Below are positions 27,712 to 35,666 of a stretch of 64,000 bases of DNA, one piece after another (the stretch's first letter is position 1; each line of letters starts with the position of its first letter). The stretch covers positions 103,949 to 167,948 of the forward strand of contig CAJOGC010000002.1 of NCBI GenBank assembly GCA_905234185.1, read 5' to 3'. The DNA is from an uncultured Alphaproteobacteria bacterium (GTDB lineage: Bacteria; Pseudomonadota; Alphaproteobacteria; Rs-D84). The notes under the pieces are model-generated. The model made no database searches, was not told the origin of the DNA, and saw nothing but the letters and a program-made list of their open reading frames with translations. The position numbers and the translations under genes were made by a program.

Positions 27712-30700
27712 TTATTTCTTTCCTGTTATTTTATTACGCAGGTTTTCCATCACCACGAATAATGCCGGGGTTAATGTAAATGTCCAAACCATGGATGCCA
27801 ACATACCGCCAATCAAAACCGCCGCCATTGCGATTTTCATATCGTCACCACCGAACAACTGGGGTGCCATACCGGCCGCGACAGCGATTGATGTCATCAA
27901 AACCATATTCTTGCGTCCGGTTAATTCGGTCCACAGTGCTTCGGCAACCGACGCACCGGCACGAATACGATTAATCGCCGGTTCCAACACCAAAATACTG
28001 TTATTAACCACTAAACCCACCAACATAACAAACGCCAACATAGCCCCAACATTCATTGATGCGCCCGAAATAAACAACATTAAAAACACACCCGCAAAAC
28101 TGGTTATAATTGCCGTTGAAATGGTTAACGGATGAATCAGCGAATTTAAAATCGCCGCCAATAACATAAATGTTAATAGCGCAGCAAGTAAGAATGCCTG
28201 GCCTATTTCACTGGTCGAATCGCTTTGGGTTTCCGACATCCCGCCAAATTCATATGTGTACCCCGGTTGCCAATCCATATTTTTCAATACTTTTTCAATT
28301 TTTGCCTGGACCGGTCCCAAAGTGGATTTGCCAAGGTTAATATCGATTTCGGTAATTCTGTTTTTATCCAAACGACGAATATCCGGTGTTGCGGGTGCTA
28401 TTTCACGACGCCCCAGTTGCGACAGTGCAACCATACCTTTGTTTGAATTAACGTATACAACATCAAATAAATTTTGTGTTTTAAACGGTTTTGCAAATTC
28501 CAAAATTATCGGATATTCGTTCCCGTGTTCTTTATACTTATATGTATCATTTCCATACAGCGCATAACGCAACACGGTTCCTGCATACGAATTTTTTACG
28601 CCCCAAAAGTCCATTTTATCGGCATCGGGTATAAAACGAACCTCGTTTGCGGGTTTCTGTTGCGCAAGTACCGCCGATTGAATTTCCTCTATTTTATTTA
28701 TTTCCGCAATGATTTGATTTGCATAGTCTTCACGAATGTCATCGTTTTCACCATAGACATTTAATACAATATCGCTGGATATACTGGACATAGACATACC
28801 CGCACGAATTTGTATTTCCGCATCAACAATATCTTTCAGCATTGGCAACATTTCCTGGGCCAATTTTTTATCGGATTTGAAACGTTTTGATTTATCAATT
28901 AATTCGACACGCATGGTTATGTTCTGCAGCCCTTGGTCGCCAATTTTTGCGGTTAATGATTTTACCTCTGGCAAATCGGATAACCGTTGTTCAATCGCAT
29001 TTGTGATTTCCAGCGACTTTTCATATGTCGCCCCCATTGGGGCACGCGCGGTAATTGTAATTTCATTTACATCAGTTGCCGGCGAAAATTCGTTTCCAAC
29101 AAATCGCATCAAAAATGTCGATGCAATCAATACTAAAAACGCAAGTCCAACAACACGTCCCGCGTGCGCCATTTGATATTCAAACCACCGGCGCAACCAT
29201 GACGATTTTCGTTCTGTCTTTTTAGCGGCCGCTTCTTTGCGTGCAATTTCGCGTTTGTTTTCATCGGTTAATCGCAGGAATTTTGCAATCATCATTGGGG
29301 TTAATGTAAAACTAAATATCAACGACAGTACGGTTAAATACACAACTGTCAAACCAAACTGAATCATAAATTTACCAACAATACCGCCCATAAATGCCAA
29401 CGGTAAAAACACCACAACATTCGTCCCAACCCCAGCCAGAACGGATACAGCAACATTTTTCGTACCGTCGATTGCGGCAGTTTCTGAATCTTTGCCGGCA
29501 CGCATTTCTTGCAATGCGGATTCAATCAAAATAATGGCGTTTGATACCAGTGTCCCCAATGCCGACGAATATGCCAACAATGTCATCGCATTGATTGTAA
29601 AACCACTGGCATACATAAATTCAAACCCCGCAAACAATGATGCCGGAATTACAACACCCGCGATAACGGTGGAACGCCAATTTCGCGTAAACGCCAACAA
29701 CACCAAAATTGTGAATACAACACCAAGAATAATTCCGTTAATCGTGTCGTTTGTATCGTTTAAAATCTCGGTCGAGGCATCGGAAATAATTTCCATCTCT
29801 GCATTTTCATTTGGGAAATGCACCGCAAAATCCGCATTTAATTCCGGCAATTTTTTACGCAGTGCACGGGAAATTTTGATCGCATTACCATCATTCGCTT
29901 TTTCCACAGAAGCAATAACCACATCTGTATTATTATAGCGCGCGCCCTTTTCAATATCGCGCGCCGCATCGGTGACGGATGCAACATCTGACAATCTGAA
30001 ACGGATGCCTTCGTTTGTCGTTATTGGCAAATCTGCGATTTCATCAACAGATGAAAATTCACCGATAAAGCGCACATTTTGTGATGTCGCGCTGTATTCG
30101 ATTTTACCACCCGGCACATTTAAATTTTTATTCCCCAGCGCCGTTAAAACATCCATTATCGTGACACCATGCGCCGCCAACAAATCAGGATCCATCGCGA
30201 CACGAATTGCACGTTCACGACCACCAAATGTAGAAACCTTGGCCACACCATCAATCGCGGTAATTTTGTTCGCCAAAACATCATCAATGTATTGATTAAT
30301 ATCCGTCGCCGATGGGCCACGCAAAACTATATCAACCACCGCCTGTTGCAATGGGTTCATTTTTTCCACAACCGGCTGTTTCAAGTCATCTGGAAATTCA
30401 GACGCCAAAGCGTCTATTTTCGTTTTAACTTCGGCTGCTTTATCATTTGCATCAACCCCCAGGTTGAATTCGGTCATGATATAACCGCCGTTTTCAAAAA
30501 TACGCGAAGTAATATGTTTTATACCCGGCACTTCGGATATGGCATCTTCGGCGCGTTTAATAACCTGGGACTCTATTTCATCACTTGACGCACCGGGATA
30601 CACAAATGTTGCCGTAACCATCGGAAAATCCAGCGACGGCGTACGTTCAATGTTCATTTTAGGATATGCAACCACCCCCAGCAACACCCAAACCAAAACG

Positions 30701-30744
30701 AACATCAATGTGGTAATCGGACGACGAACAAAGAACTTTAACAT
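27712..30744 (-). CDS. RND efflux transporter permease (AcrB/HAE1 family)
   Basis: 1010 aa, 12-TM architecture with two large periplasmic loops. The N-terminal MLKFFVRRPITTLMFVLVWVLLGV is typical. Confidence 0.9.
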   Translation of the reverse strand: MLKFFVRRPITTLMFVLVWVLLGVVAYPKMNIERTPSLDFPMVTATFVYPGASSDEIESQVIKRAEDAISEVPGIKHITSRIFENGGYIMTEFNLGVDANDKAAEVKTKIDALASEFPDDLKQPVVEKMNPLQQAVVDIVLRGPSATDINQYIDDVLANKITAIDGVAKVSTFGGRERAIRVAMDPDLLAAHGVTIMDVLTALGNKNLNVPGGKIEYSATSQNVRFIGEFSSVDEIADLPITTNEGIRFRLSDVASVTDAARDIEKGARYNNTDVVIASVEKANDGNAIKISRALRKKLPELNADFAVHFPNENAEMEIISDASTEILNDTNDTINGIILGVVFTILVLLAFTRNWRSTVIAGVVIPASLFAGFEFMYASGFTINAMTLLAYSSALGTLVSNAIILIESALQEMRAGKDSETAAIDGTKNVAVSVLAGVGTNVVVFLPLAFMGGIVGKFMIQFGLTVVYLTVLSLIFSFTLTPMMIAKFLRLTDENKREIARKEAAAKKTERKSSWLRRWFEYQMAHAGRVVGLAFLVLIASTFLMRFVGNEFSPATDVNEITITARAPMGATYEKSLEITNAIEQRLSDLPEVKSLTAKIGDQGLQNITMRVELIDKSKRFKSDKKLAQEMLPMLKDIVDAEIQIRAGMSMSSISSDIVLNVYGENDDIREDYANQIIAEINKIEEIQSAVLAQQKPANEVRFIPDADKMDFWGVKNSYAGTVLRYALYGNDTYKYKEHGNEYPIILEFAKPFKTQNLFDVVYVNSNKGMVALSQLGRREIAPATPDIRRLDKNRITEIDINLGKSTLGPVQAKIEKVLKNMDWQPGYTYEFGGMSETQSDSTSEIGQAFLLAALLTFMLLAAILNSLIHPLTISTAIITSFAGVFLMLFISGASMNVGAMLAFVMLVGLVVNNSILVLEPAINRIRAGASVAEALWTELTGRKNMVLMTSIAVAAGMAPQLFGGDDMKIAMAAVLIGGMLASMVWTFTLTPALFVVMENLRNKITGKK

Positions 30745-30753
30745 TTTTTACCC

Positions 30754-31371
30754 TTACTTTATAACCCTTACTAAATCACCATCGGCAATGTGCGATGTAA
30801 TAATAATGTCACCATCGGACACACCCGTTATCATTGTGTGTTCACCATCGCCGCGCACAATATCAATTGAAACAGCATGCGCCACCCCATCGCGCACAAC
30901 GAACACTGTCCCATTTTTAACCGCATCCGTCGGAATATAAAAACCATTTTCGCGAATCTCGACAGTATGCGCGCCATTTGTTGCACCACGTGTACGCACA
31001 ATATGCATACCCGTATCCAGATCCAGCGATGTCGACACAGATACTACTTCGCCGCCACCTGTAATTTTTTGGCCTGGTTTAAACCGTGCGACACGCATGC
31101 CGGAAACATAGCCCCGATTATCATTCACAAATAATGGTTCGTAAATAATACCATCTGACTTTTGGGCGCTCATAACACTTACCGGCACACCATGCAGTTC
31201 CGAATCGCGTGCCATATTGAATACGGATTTATAATGCTCTACGCCGAACGCAACGAAGCGATATATTACCAATATTATAAACATCGCGCCACCAATCTGC
31301 ATCACGATATGATTACGACGATGCGAGTCCATATTCTTAATTTTTACTATTAACTTTTTCATATTATTCAC
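30754..31371 (-). CDS. RND efflux periplasmic adaptor (membrane fusion protein), unusually short (205 aa)
   Basis: N-terminal TM anchor followed directly by beta-barrel/membrane-proximal-like sequence (VARFKPGQKITGGGEVVSV...). Lies between tolC-like and acrB-like genes with overlapping boundaries. Confidence 0.55.
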   Translation of the reverse strand: MNNMKKLIVKIKNMDSHRRNHIVMQIGGAMFIILVIYRFVAFGVEHYKSVFNMARDSELHGVPVSVMSAQKSDGIIYEPLFVNDNRGYVSGMRVARFKPGQKITGGGEVVSVSTSLDLDTGMHIVRTRGATNGAHTVEIRENGFYIPTDAVKNGTVFVVRDGVAHAVSIDIVRGDGEHTMITGVSDGDIIITSHIADGDLVRVIK

Positions 31372-32707
31372 CCAATTTTTTCACGGATTCTGCCGCCATT
31401 AAAATTTGATATTTAGAGTTAAGCAATGCTATATCTAATTGATACAGACCGGACGAAGCTTCGGCTAATTCAATAGCGGATGTTTGACCGGCGATAAAAC
31501 GTTGACGCGAAAAATCGTATGCACGCGCCGCCAAATCACGCGCATTTTGCAATGTTGTCAAATTACTGCGCAAATGGTCATATTGTAAAACAGCAGTATT
31601 ATATTTTTCGGTTGTGATTTTTTTCGACTTGTCTAAATCTTGGCGCACAGCTTCGGCATTCATGGCATCGACCGTGGCGTTTGCCCGATTCAGCCCACCG
31701 GAAAAAATCGGAACCTGTAATGCCAGCCCCCAATACGCCGACTGATTACCCTTTTTATCAAACAATTCACTGCTGGCATTTCCAATACTGGTATAACTGT
31801 ACGATGCGGTGGCCGCCAGTGTCGGCAACGCACCATCGCGTTTAGACCGCGCAGATTTTTCATACATACGAATTTGCTGATTCAGAATGTCCCATTCGGG
31901 GGTATTTGTTAATGGTTTTGCATTTAAATTCGCGAAATCTTTTGGGAATTCCGTGGTAAGATTTATTTCCGCATCCGCATCGATTCCCGCCAAAATTTTA
32001 AGCATACGATACGCCGTATCACGATTGAATTGCGCATTTGACAGTTGTATTTCTTTGGTTGCAATATCAGATTCAATTTTTACCAAGTTTCCACGACTGG
32101 CGCGCCCCGCCGATGCCAAATTACGACGCGCATCACGTGCAGACTTTAAGTCTTGTTCGGAAATTTTCACAATTTCATCGGTCATTTTCGCGGTCCAATA
32201 CAGGTCAACCGCGCTATATTTAACCTCTCGACGGACCAATTCGCGGTTTGTTTCGGACATTTTAACGGCACTGCGAACAGATTCAACCGCGTTACCAATT
32301 TTACCGAATGTATAAATAGGCTGTGTTAATGTTAAACCCGCCATTAAAATATTATCGGGCATTTCAATTTGTGTGACCGGACCTTCTGCCTGCATCAATT
32401 GTCCAACCAACCCGCCCAATTGTGGGGGCAATTGCATATTCATAGAACCACTGAACGGATGCGCAACATCAACAAGGTTCATGTATGTCGCCGACCCCTC
32501 TAATGTAAACCAACGATTGGCATTCGCAGCATCCAACGAAGCCTGGGCTTTCTTAATATTTGCGTCGGCCTTTTTAACATCTTGGGATTCCGCCAAAATT
32601 TTAGCAACCACATCGTCCAACGACAATTCTGTTGCAAGGACCGGCGTTCCGGTCATAGCCAACAATACGGCAAATAAAACATGCGTAAATTTTCGCATTT
32701 TATGCAA
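31364..32707 (-). CDS. TolC-family outer-membrane efflux protein
   Basis: Signal peptide and two coiled-coil repeat halves typical of outer membrane factor (OMF) proteins. Confidence 0.75.
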   Translation of the reverse strand: MHKMRKFTHVLFAVLLAMTGTPVLATELSLDDVVAKILAESQDVKKADANIKKAQASLDAANANRWFTLEGSATYMNLVDVAHPFSGSMNMQLPPQLGGLVGQLMQAEGPVTQIEMPDNILMAGLTLTQPIYTFGKIGNAVESVRSAVKMSETNRELVRREVKYSAVDLYWTAKMTDEIVKISEQDLKSARDARRNLASAGRASRGNLVKIESDIATKEIQLSNAQFNRDTAYRMLKILAGIDADAEINLTTEFPKDFANLNAKPLTNTPEWDILNQQIRMYEKSARSKRDGALPTLAATASYSYTSIGNASSELFDKKGNQSAYWGLALQVPIFSGGLNRANATVDAMNAEAVRQDLDKSKKITTEKYNTAVLQYDHLRSNLTTLQNARDLAARAYDFSRQRFIAGQTSAIELAEASSGLYQLDIALLNSKYQILMAAESVKKLGE

Positions 32708-33143
32708 CCTCCATATTCGATAAAACCTTGTTGATTGTCGTCATGGCATCGGTTAATTTCTTTTCGTCTTCGCGGGAAAGTTTTGCGAAAACCGTGCTGA
32801 TATTATTCTCGAAATCGGCAATCATATTACGCGCAACATCGGCACCAGCGGGGGTGACGCTGTACCAAGTATTGCGGCGATCTTTTGCATCCACCTCGCG
32901 CAGGACCAAACCTTTGGCCTCCAGGTTTTTGAATGTTGCACACAAATTTGGTGTGGTTGTAAATTCGCGATATGCAATATCTTTCAACAGTGCGCGTCCC
33001 CCAAGGTAAAGCCGCACCAAAACACTCATTTGCGAACGCGTATATTCCATATTTTTTATCATTTTGGACTTCATACGGTCCATCAACCGATCCATTATCG
33101 TCATATTTTCTTCGATTAAACGAATAAATTCTTTGCGCGCCAT
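32700..33143 (-). CDS. MarR-family transcriptional regulator
   Basis: Winged-HTH pattern (TRSQMSVLVRLYLGGRALLKDIA...LEAKGLVLREVDAKDRRNTWYSVTPAG). The start is adjusted to the ATG at 33143 (track start TTG at 33308). Confidence 0.7.
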   Translation of the reverse strand: MARKEFIRLIEENMTIMDRLMDRMKSKMIKNMEYTRSQMSVLVRLYLGGRALLKDIAYREFTTTPNLCATFKNLEAKGLVLREVDAKDRRNTWYSVTPAGADVARNMIADFENNISTVFAKLSREDEKKLTDAMTTINKVLSNMEVA

Positions 33144-33274
33144 TTTATCCCCCTTTTTATCAAAAAACACCGGTAAATGATTTAAATCGCCAATCATTAT
33201 ATGTTTTAACAAAATTATTTCAAGCCCTATTTTTGAAAAAATTCGCATTTTTTGAGCCGGACGGAAAAATATTA

Positions 33275-33302
33275 TTGCAAAACGAACAAAGAATATTATA
33301 AT
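33275..33302 (+). promoter_or_regulatory. consensus sigma-70 promoter (TTGCAA-16-TATAAT) upstream of the tRNA-Gln unit
   Basis: ttgcaa at 33275-33280, tataat at 33297-33302. The predicted TSS lies a few nt before the duplicated tRNA 5' fragment at 33315. Confidence 0.55.
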
Positions 33303-33314
33303 TTGCAATACCTT

Positions 33315-33400
33315 TGGGGTGTCGTTCCGTTTCCTCGGCTAACGCCTCGCCCGGAATGACAACGACTATGTCATGTGGATATAGTTCGTTCCAAGTTCAC
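33315..33400 (+). mobile_element. miniature insertion element at the tRNA-Gln 5' end: 11-nt copy of tRNA nt 1-11 (tggggtgtcgt) plus a ~75-bp insert
   Basis: The insert tccgtttcctcggctaacgcctcgcccggaatgacaacgac... is homologous to the insert upstream of tRNA-Glu. It is followed by the intact tRNA. Confidence 0.6.
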
Positions 33401-33474
33401 TGGGGTGTCGTCTAATGGTAGGACAAGAGATTTTGGTTCTCTTTATCATGGTTCGAATCCGTGCGCCCCAACCA
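33401..33474 (+). tRNA. tRNA-Gln (anticodon TTG)
   Basis: Cloverleaf: acceptor TGGGGTG/CGCCCCA, anticodon loop TTTTGGT, T-loop TTCGAAT, encoded CCA. Confidence 0.85.
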
Positions 33475-33638
33475 AAAATTCAACCGGCATTTTTGCCGGT
33501 TTAATTTTTGATCGCGCACGGATCGGTCAGAGTGCCAACGGCACGCATGACCAATACGAGAATACACAATTAGAAAAATCTTAAAAAATCGACGGATGGA
33601 GATTTTTTTGATTTTGATTATTGCGTATCGAGGCAGCG

Positions 33639-33656
33639 GCGCCCCAACCAAAAATT
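33639..33656 (+). repeat. 18-bp direct repeat of the tRNA-Gln 3' end (gcgccccaaccaaaaatt; first copy 33463-33480)
   Basis: The match is exact. Each copy is followed by a hairpin terminator (33481-33510 and 33657-33684). This is an att-like footprint. Confidence 0.55.
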
Positions 33657-33697
33657 AAAACCGCCCATCTGGGCGGTTTATTTTATTGTGTCGACAA

Positions 33698-34261
33698 TTA
33701 TAACCATTCACCTGCCCAGGTTTTCAATTCTTCGACGGGTACATGAATATCGAAGCGAGCACCATTCACAACATTGGCATTCGGTATAATTTCATGAATA
33801 CTTGTTGCGGCTTCGTCGGTTGTTGGGGTGCTGCCCGATGTTGCGAACGGAACAATCGTTTTACCTGTGAAATCATAACTTTCCACGAATGTATCGATTA
33901 TGGACGGTTCACGACCCCACCAAATTGGAAAGCCCAGGAATATAACATCGTATTGTTCAATATTATCGATTGTGTTTGCGATTGCGGGACGGCTGCCGCG
34001 ATCAGCCATTTCAACAGATGCACGGCTTTCTTTGTTGCGATAATCCAAATCTGCTTCTGTATATACTGTTTCTGGTTCAATCGCGAACACATCGGCATTA
34101 ATCGCGTTTGCTAAACGGTCGGCAACCGCCGCGGTATTGCCAGTCGCACTGAAATACGCAACCAGTACTTTATTTTGTGTCGCGTTTGATTTTCCCGAAA
34201 ACACCCAGATTATCGCAAAAATCGCCACAACCGCCGATACTATATATAAAAGTTTTTTCAT
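33698..34261 (-). CDS. flavodoxin-family protein with N-terminal membrane anchor/signal
   Basis: KVLVAYFSATGNTAAVADRLA FMN-binding P-loop-like motif and flavodoxin-like fold signature. Confidence 0.65.
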   Translation of the reverse strand: MKKLLYIVSAVVAIFAIIWVFSGKSNATQNKVLVAYFSATGNTAAVADRLANAINADVFAIEPETVYTEADLDYRNKESRASVEMADRGSRPAIANTIDNIEQYDVIFLGFPIWWGREPSIIDTFVESYDFTGKTIVPFATSGSTPTTDEAATSIHEIIPNANVVNGARFDIHVPVEELKTWAGEWL

Positions 34262-34329
34262 TGTTTCTCCTTTTGTTTTTGTTCAATTTGTTTATAGCAA
34301 ATAAATCATAACCCATACAAGAAAAAACA

Positions 34330-34358
34330 TTGCAACCAGTAATAATTATGTCTAGAAT
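34330..34358 (+). promoter_or_regulatory. sigma-70 promoter (TTGCAA-17-TAGAAT) upstream of the tRNA-Glu unit
   Basis: ttgcaa at 34330-34335, tagaat at 34353-34358, about 10 nt before the first duplicated tRNA 5' fragment. Confidence 0.5.
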
Positions 34359-34368
34359 ATTGCCACAC

Positions 34369-34498
34369 GGTCCCATCGTTCCGTTCCCTCGCTCCGCTCG
34401 CCCGGAATGACAACGACGACGGGACGATAGACGGTCCCATCGTTCCGTTCCCTCGCTCCGCTCGCCCGGAATGACAACGACGACGGGACGACATAGAC
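34369..34498 (+). mobile_element. two tandem copies of (11-nt tRNA-Glu 5' fragment ggtcccatcgt plus ~54-bp insert) immediately upstream of tRNA-Glu
   Basis: Copies at 34369-34432 and 34433-34498 differ by a 2-nt indel. The insert tccgttccctcgctccgctcgcccggaatgacaacgacgacgggacga contains the palindrome tcgcccg...cgggacga. Confidence 0.65.
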
Positions 34499-34573
34499 GG
34501 TCCCATCGTCTAGCGGTTAGGACATCGGATTCTCATTCCGGTAACATGGGTTCGATTCCCATTGGGACTGCCA
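34499..34573 (+). tRNA. tRNA-Glu (anticodon CTC)
   Basis: Cloverleaf: acceptor GGTCCCA/TGGGACT, D-loop AGCGGTTA, anticodon loop TTCTCAT, T-loop TTCGATT, encoded CCA. Architecture resembles E. coli tRNA-Glu. Confidence 0.85.
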
Positions 34574-34635
34574 AATTTTGTTATTATGCACAATTAAGAA
34601 ATTTGAATATCATATTTTTGTAATGTAATTTTTAT

Positions 34636-34667
34636 AAAAAACACCGGTAAAAGCCGGCGTTTTTTTA
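34636..34667. terminator. hairpin terminator aaaaaacaccggtaaaagccggcgttttttt (identical copy at 35241-35271)
   Basis: The two copies are perfect 30-nt direct repeats flanking gene 34665-35228. Confidence 0.6.
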
Positions 34668-35228
34668 CCTTTTTGGCGTTACAAAATAAATATCCGCTAC
34701 ACGTGGCGGGATTTCGATATTTTTTGAATCATAAATATACTTTTCCCCGGCTTTTTTTATCGCTATTTCACCAATACCGACTCCGGTTTCATTTTTACCA
34801 CGACTATCGTTTTGATGTGGATAACGCGTACTGTCAATAACACGCATTTGAAAACTATCCATATCACAACGCATAATTTTATCAACAAACATACAGTGCC
34901 CATTACCATCGGGAAACACCACAACTAAAATACAATTTTCTGTGGGTTGATTGGTGAATTGCCAATACTTAAAATCATCTGCGTGTTCATGTATAAACGC
35001 AAAGTCTTTACAAAACAGGCGATTTATCTTTATAAAATTATGTTTTCGCAGAAACGCACGCACTTCGACCAATGCGCGTTTATACCCCGATTGTTCAAGA
35101 CACCAATAAACAAAACCACTGCAATCCATATAAAAAAATCGTCGATCATCAATCAAATCTATTCGATTATCATGACTGTATTCAGATTGAAAATCATTGG
35201 TCAAAAATTTTTTGATAAAATCGTTCAT
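34665..35228 (-). CDS. hypothetical protein with possible papain-like (NlpC/P60-type) Cys/His arrangement
   Basis: YMDCSGFVYWCL (candidate catalytic Cys) and GNGHCMFV (candidate His). The start is adjusted to MNDFIKKF. Identical terminator hairpins flank the gene. Confidence 0.35.
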   Translation of the reverse strand: MNDFIKKFLTNDFQSEYSHDNRIDLIDDRRFFYMDCSGFVYWCLEQSGYKRALVEVRAFLRKHNFIKINRLFCKDFAFIHEHADDFKYWQFTNQPTENCILVVVFPDGNGHCMFVDKIMRCDMDSFQMRVIDSTRYPHQNDSRGKNETGVGIGEIAIKKAGEKYIYDSKNIEIPPRVADIYFVTPKR

Positions 35229-35276
35229 TTTATATTCCCAAAAAAACACCGGTAAAAGCCGGCGTTTTTTCATTTA

Positions 35277-35651
35277 TTATTCCAGAATCGCTTTTGCCTG
35301 TTGCAAATAACTTATTGCGACCGCAATTGCGTCTGTATCGATATTGGCACCCGACCGTATTGGTTCCGCCGGTGCAACGGGCTTTGGTTTAACCGCGCGA
35401 ACTTCGGCACTTAATTCGCCGTCATGTATCATTTTTTTTACGCCATTGATTGTCATACCGCGGTCATACAATAGCGATTTTATTGTTTCCAACTTGGTAA
35501 CCGTTTCTGGCCGATAATAACGACGGCCACCCGCGCCCGTTGTTGGACGAATTGCGGTTGGAAATTGCTTTTCCCAATAGCGCAGGGTATGTGCCGGCAC
35601 AGACAGACGTTTTGCAACTTCATTTATCGAAACAAAATATTCTTTGTCCAT
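35277..35651 (-). CDS. MerR-family HTH transcriptional regulator
   Basis: INEVAKRLSVPAHTLRYWEKQF helix-turn-helix. Lies immediately downstream of gyrA. Confidence 0.55.
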   Translation of the reverse strand: MDKEYFVSINEVAKRLSVPAHTLRYWEKQFPTAIRPTTGAGGRRYYRPETVTKLETIKSLLYDRGMTINGVKKMIHDGELSAEVRAVKPKPVAPAEPIRSGANIDTDAIAVAISYLQQAKAILE

Positions 35652-35666
35652 GTCGGCCCCCATATG

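Noticed and set aside
27139-27750. 18-nt identical string ttattttattacgcagg(a/t)tt at 27139-27170 and 27722-27750
   Set aside because: There are only two short copies, with no palindromic structure. One lies inside the 3' end of the RND permease CDS. It is likely chance or a trivial duplication.
33412-33651. 79-aa minus-strand ORF, and the 69-aa plus-strand ORF at 33375-33584
   Set aside because: They overlap the tRNA-Gln gene and its terminator and repeat region, so I treat them as non-coding.
34306-34506. 66-aa minus-strand ORF
   Set aside because: It spans the tandem tRNA-Glu 5' repeats and the tRNA start. It is a repeat-derived spurious ORF.
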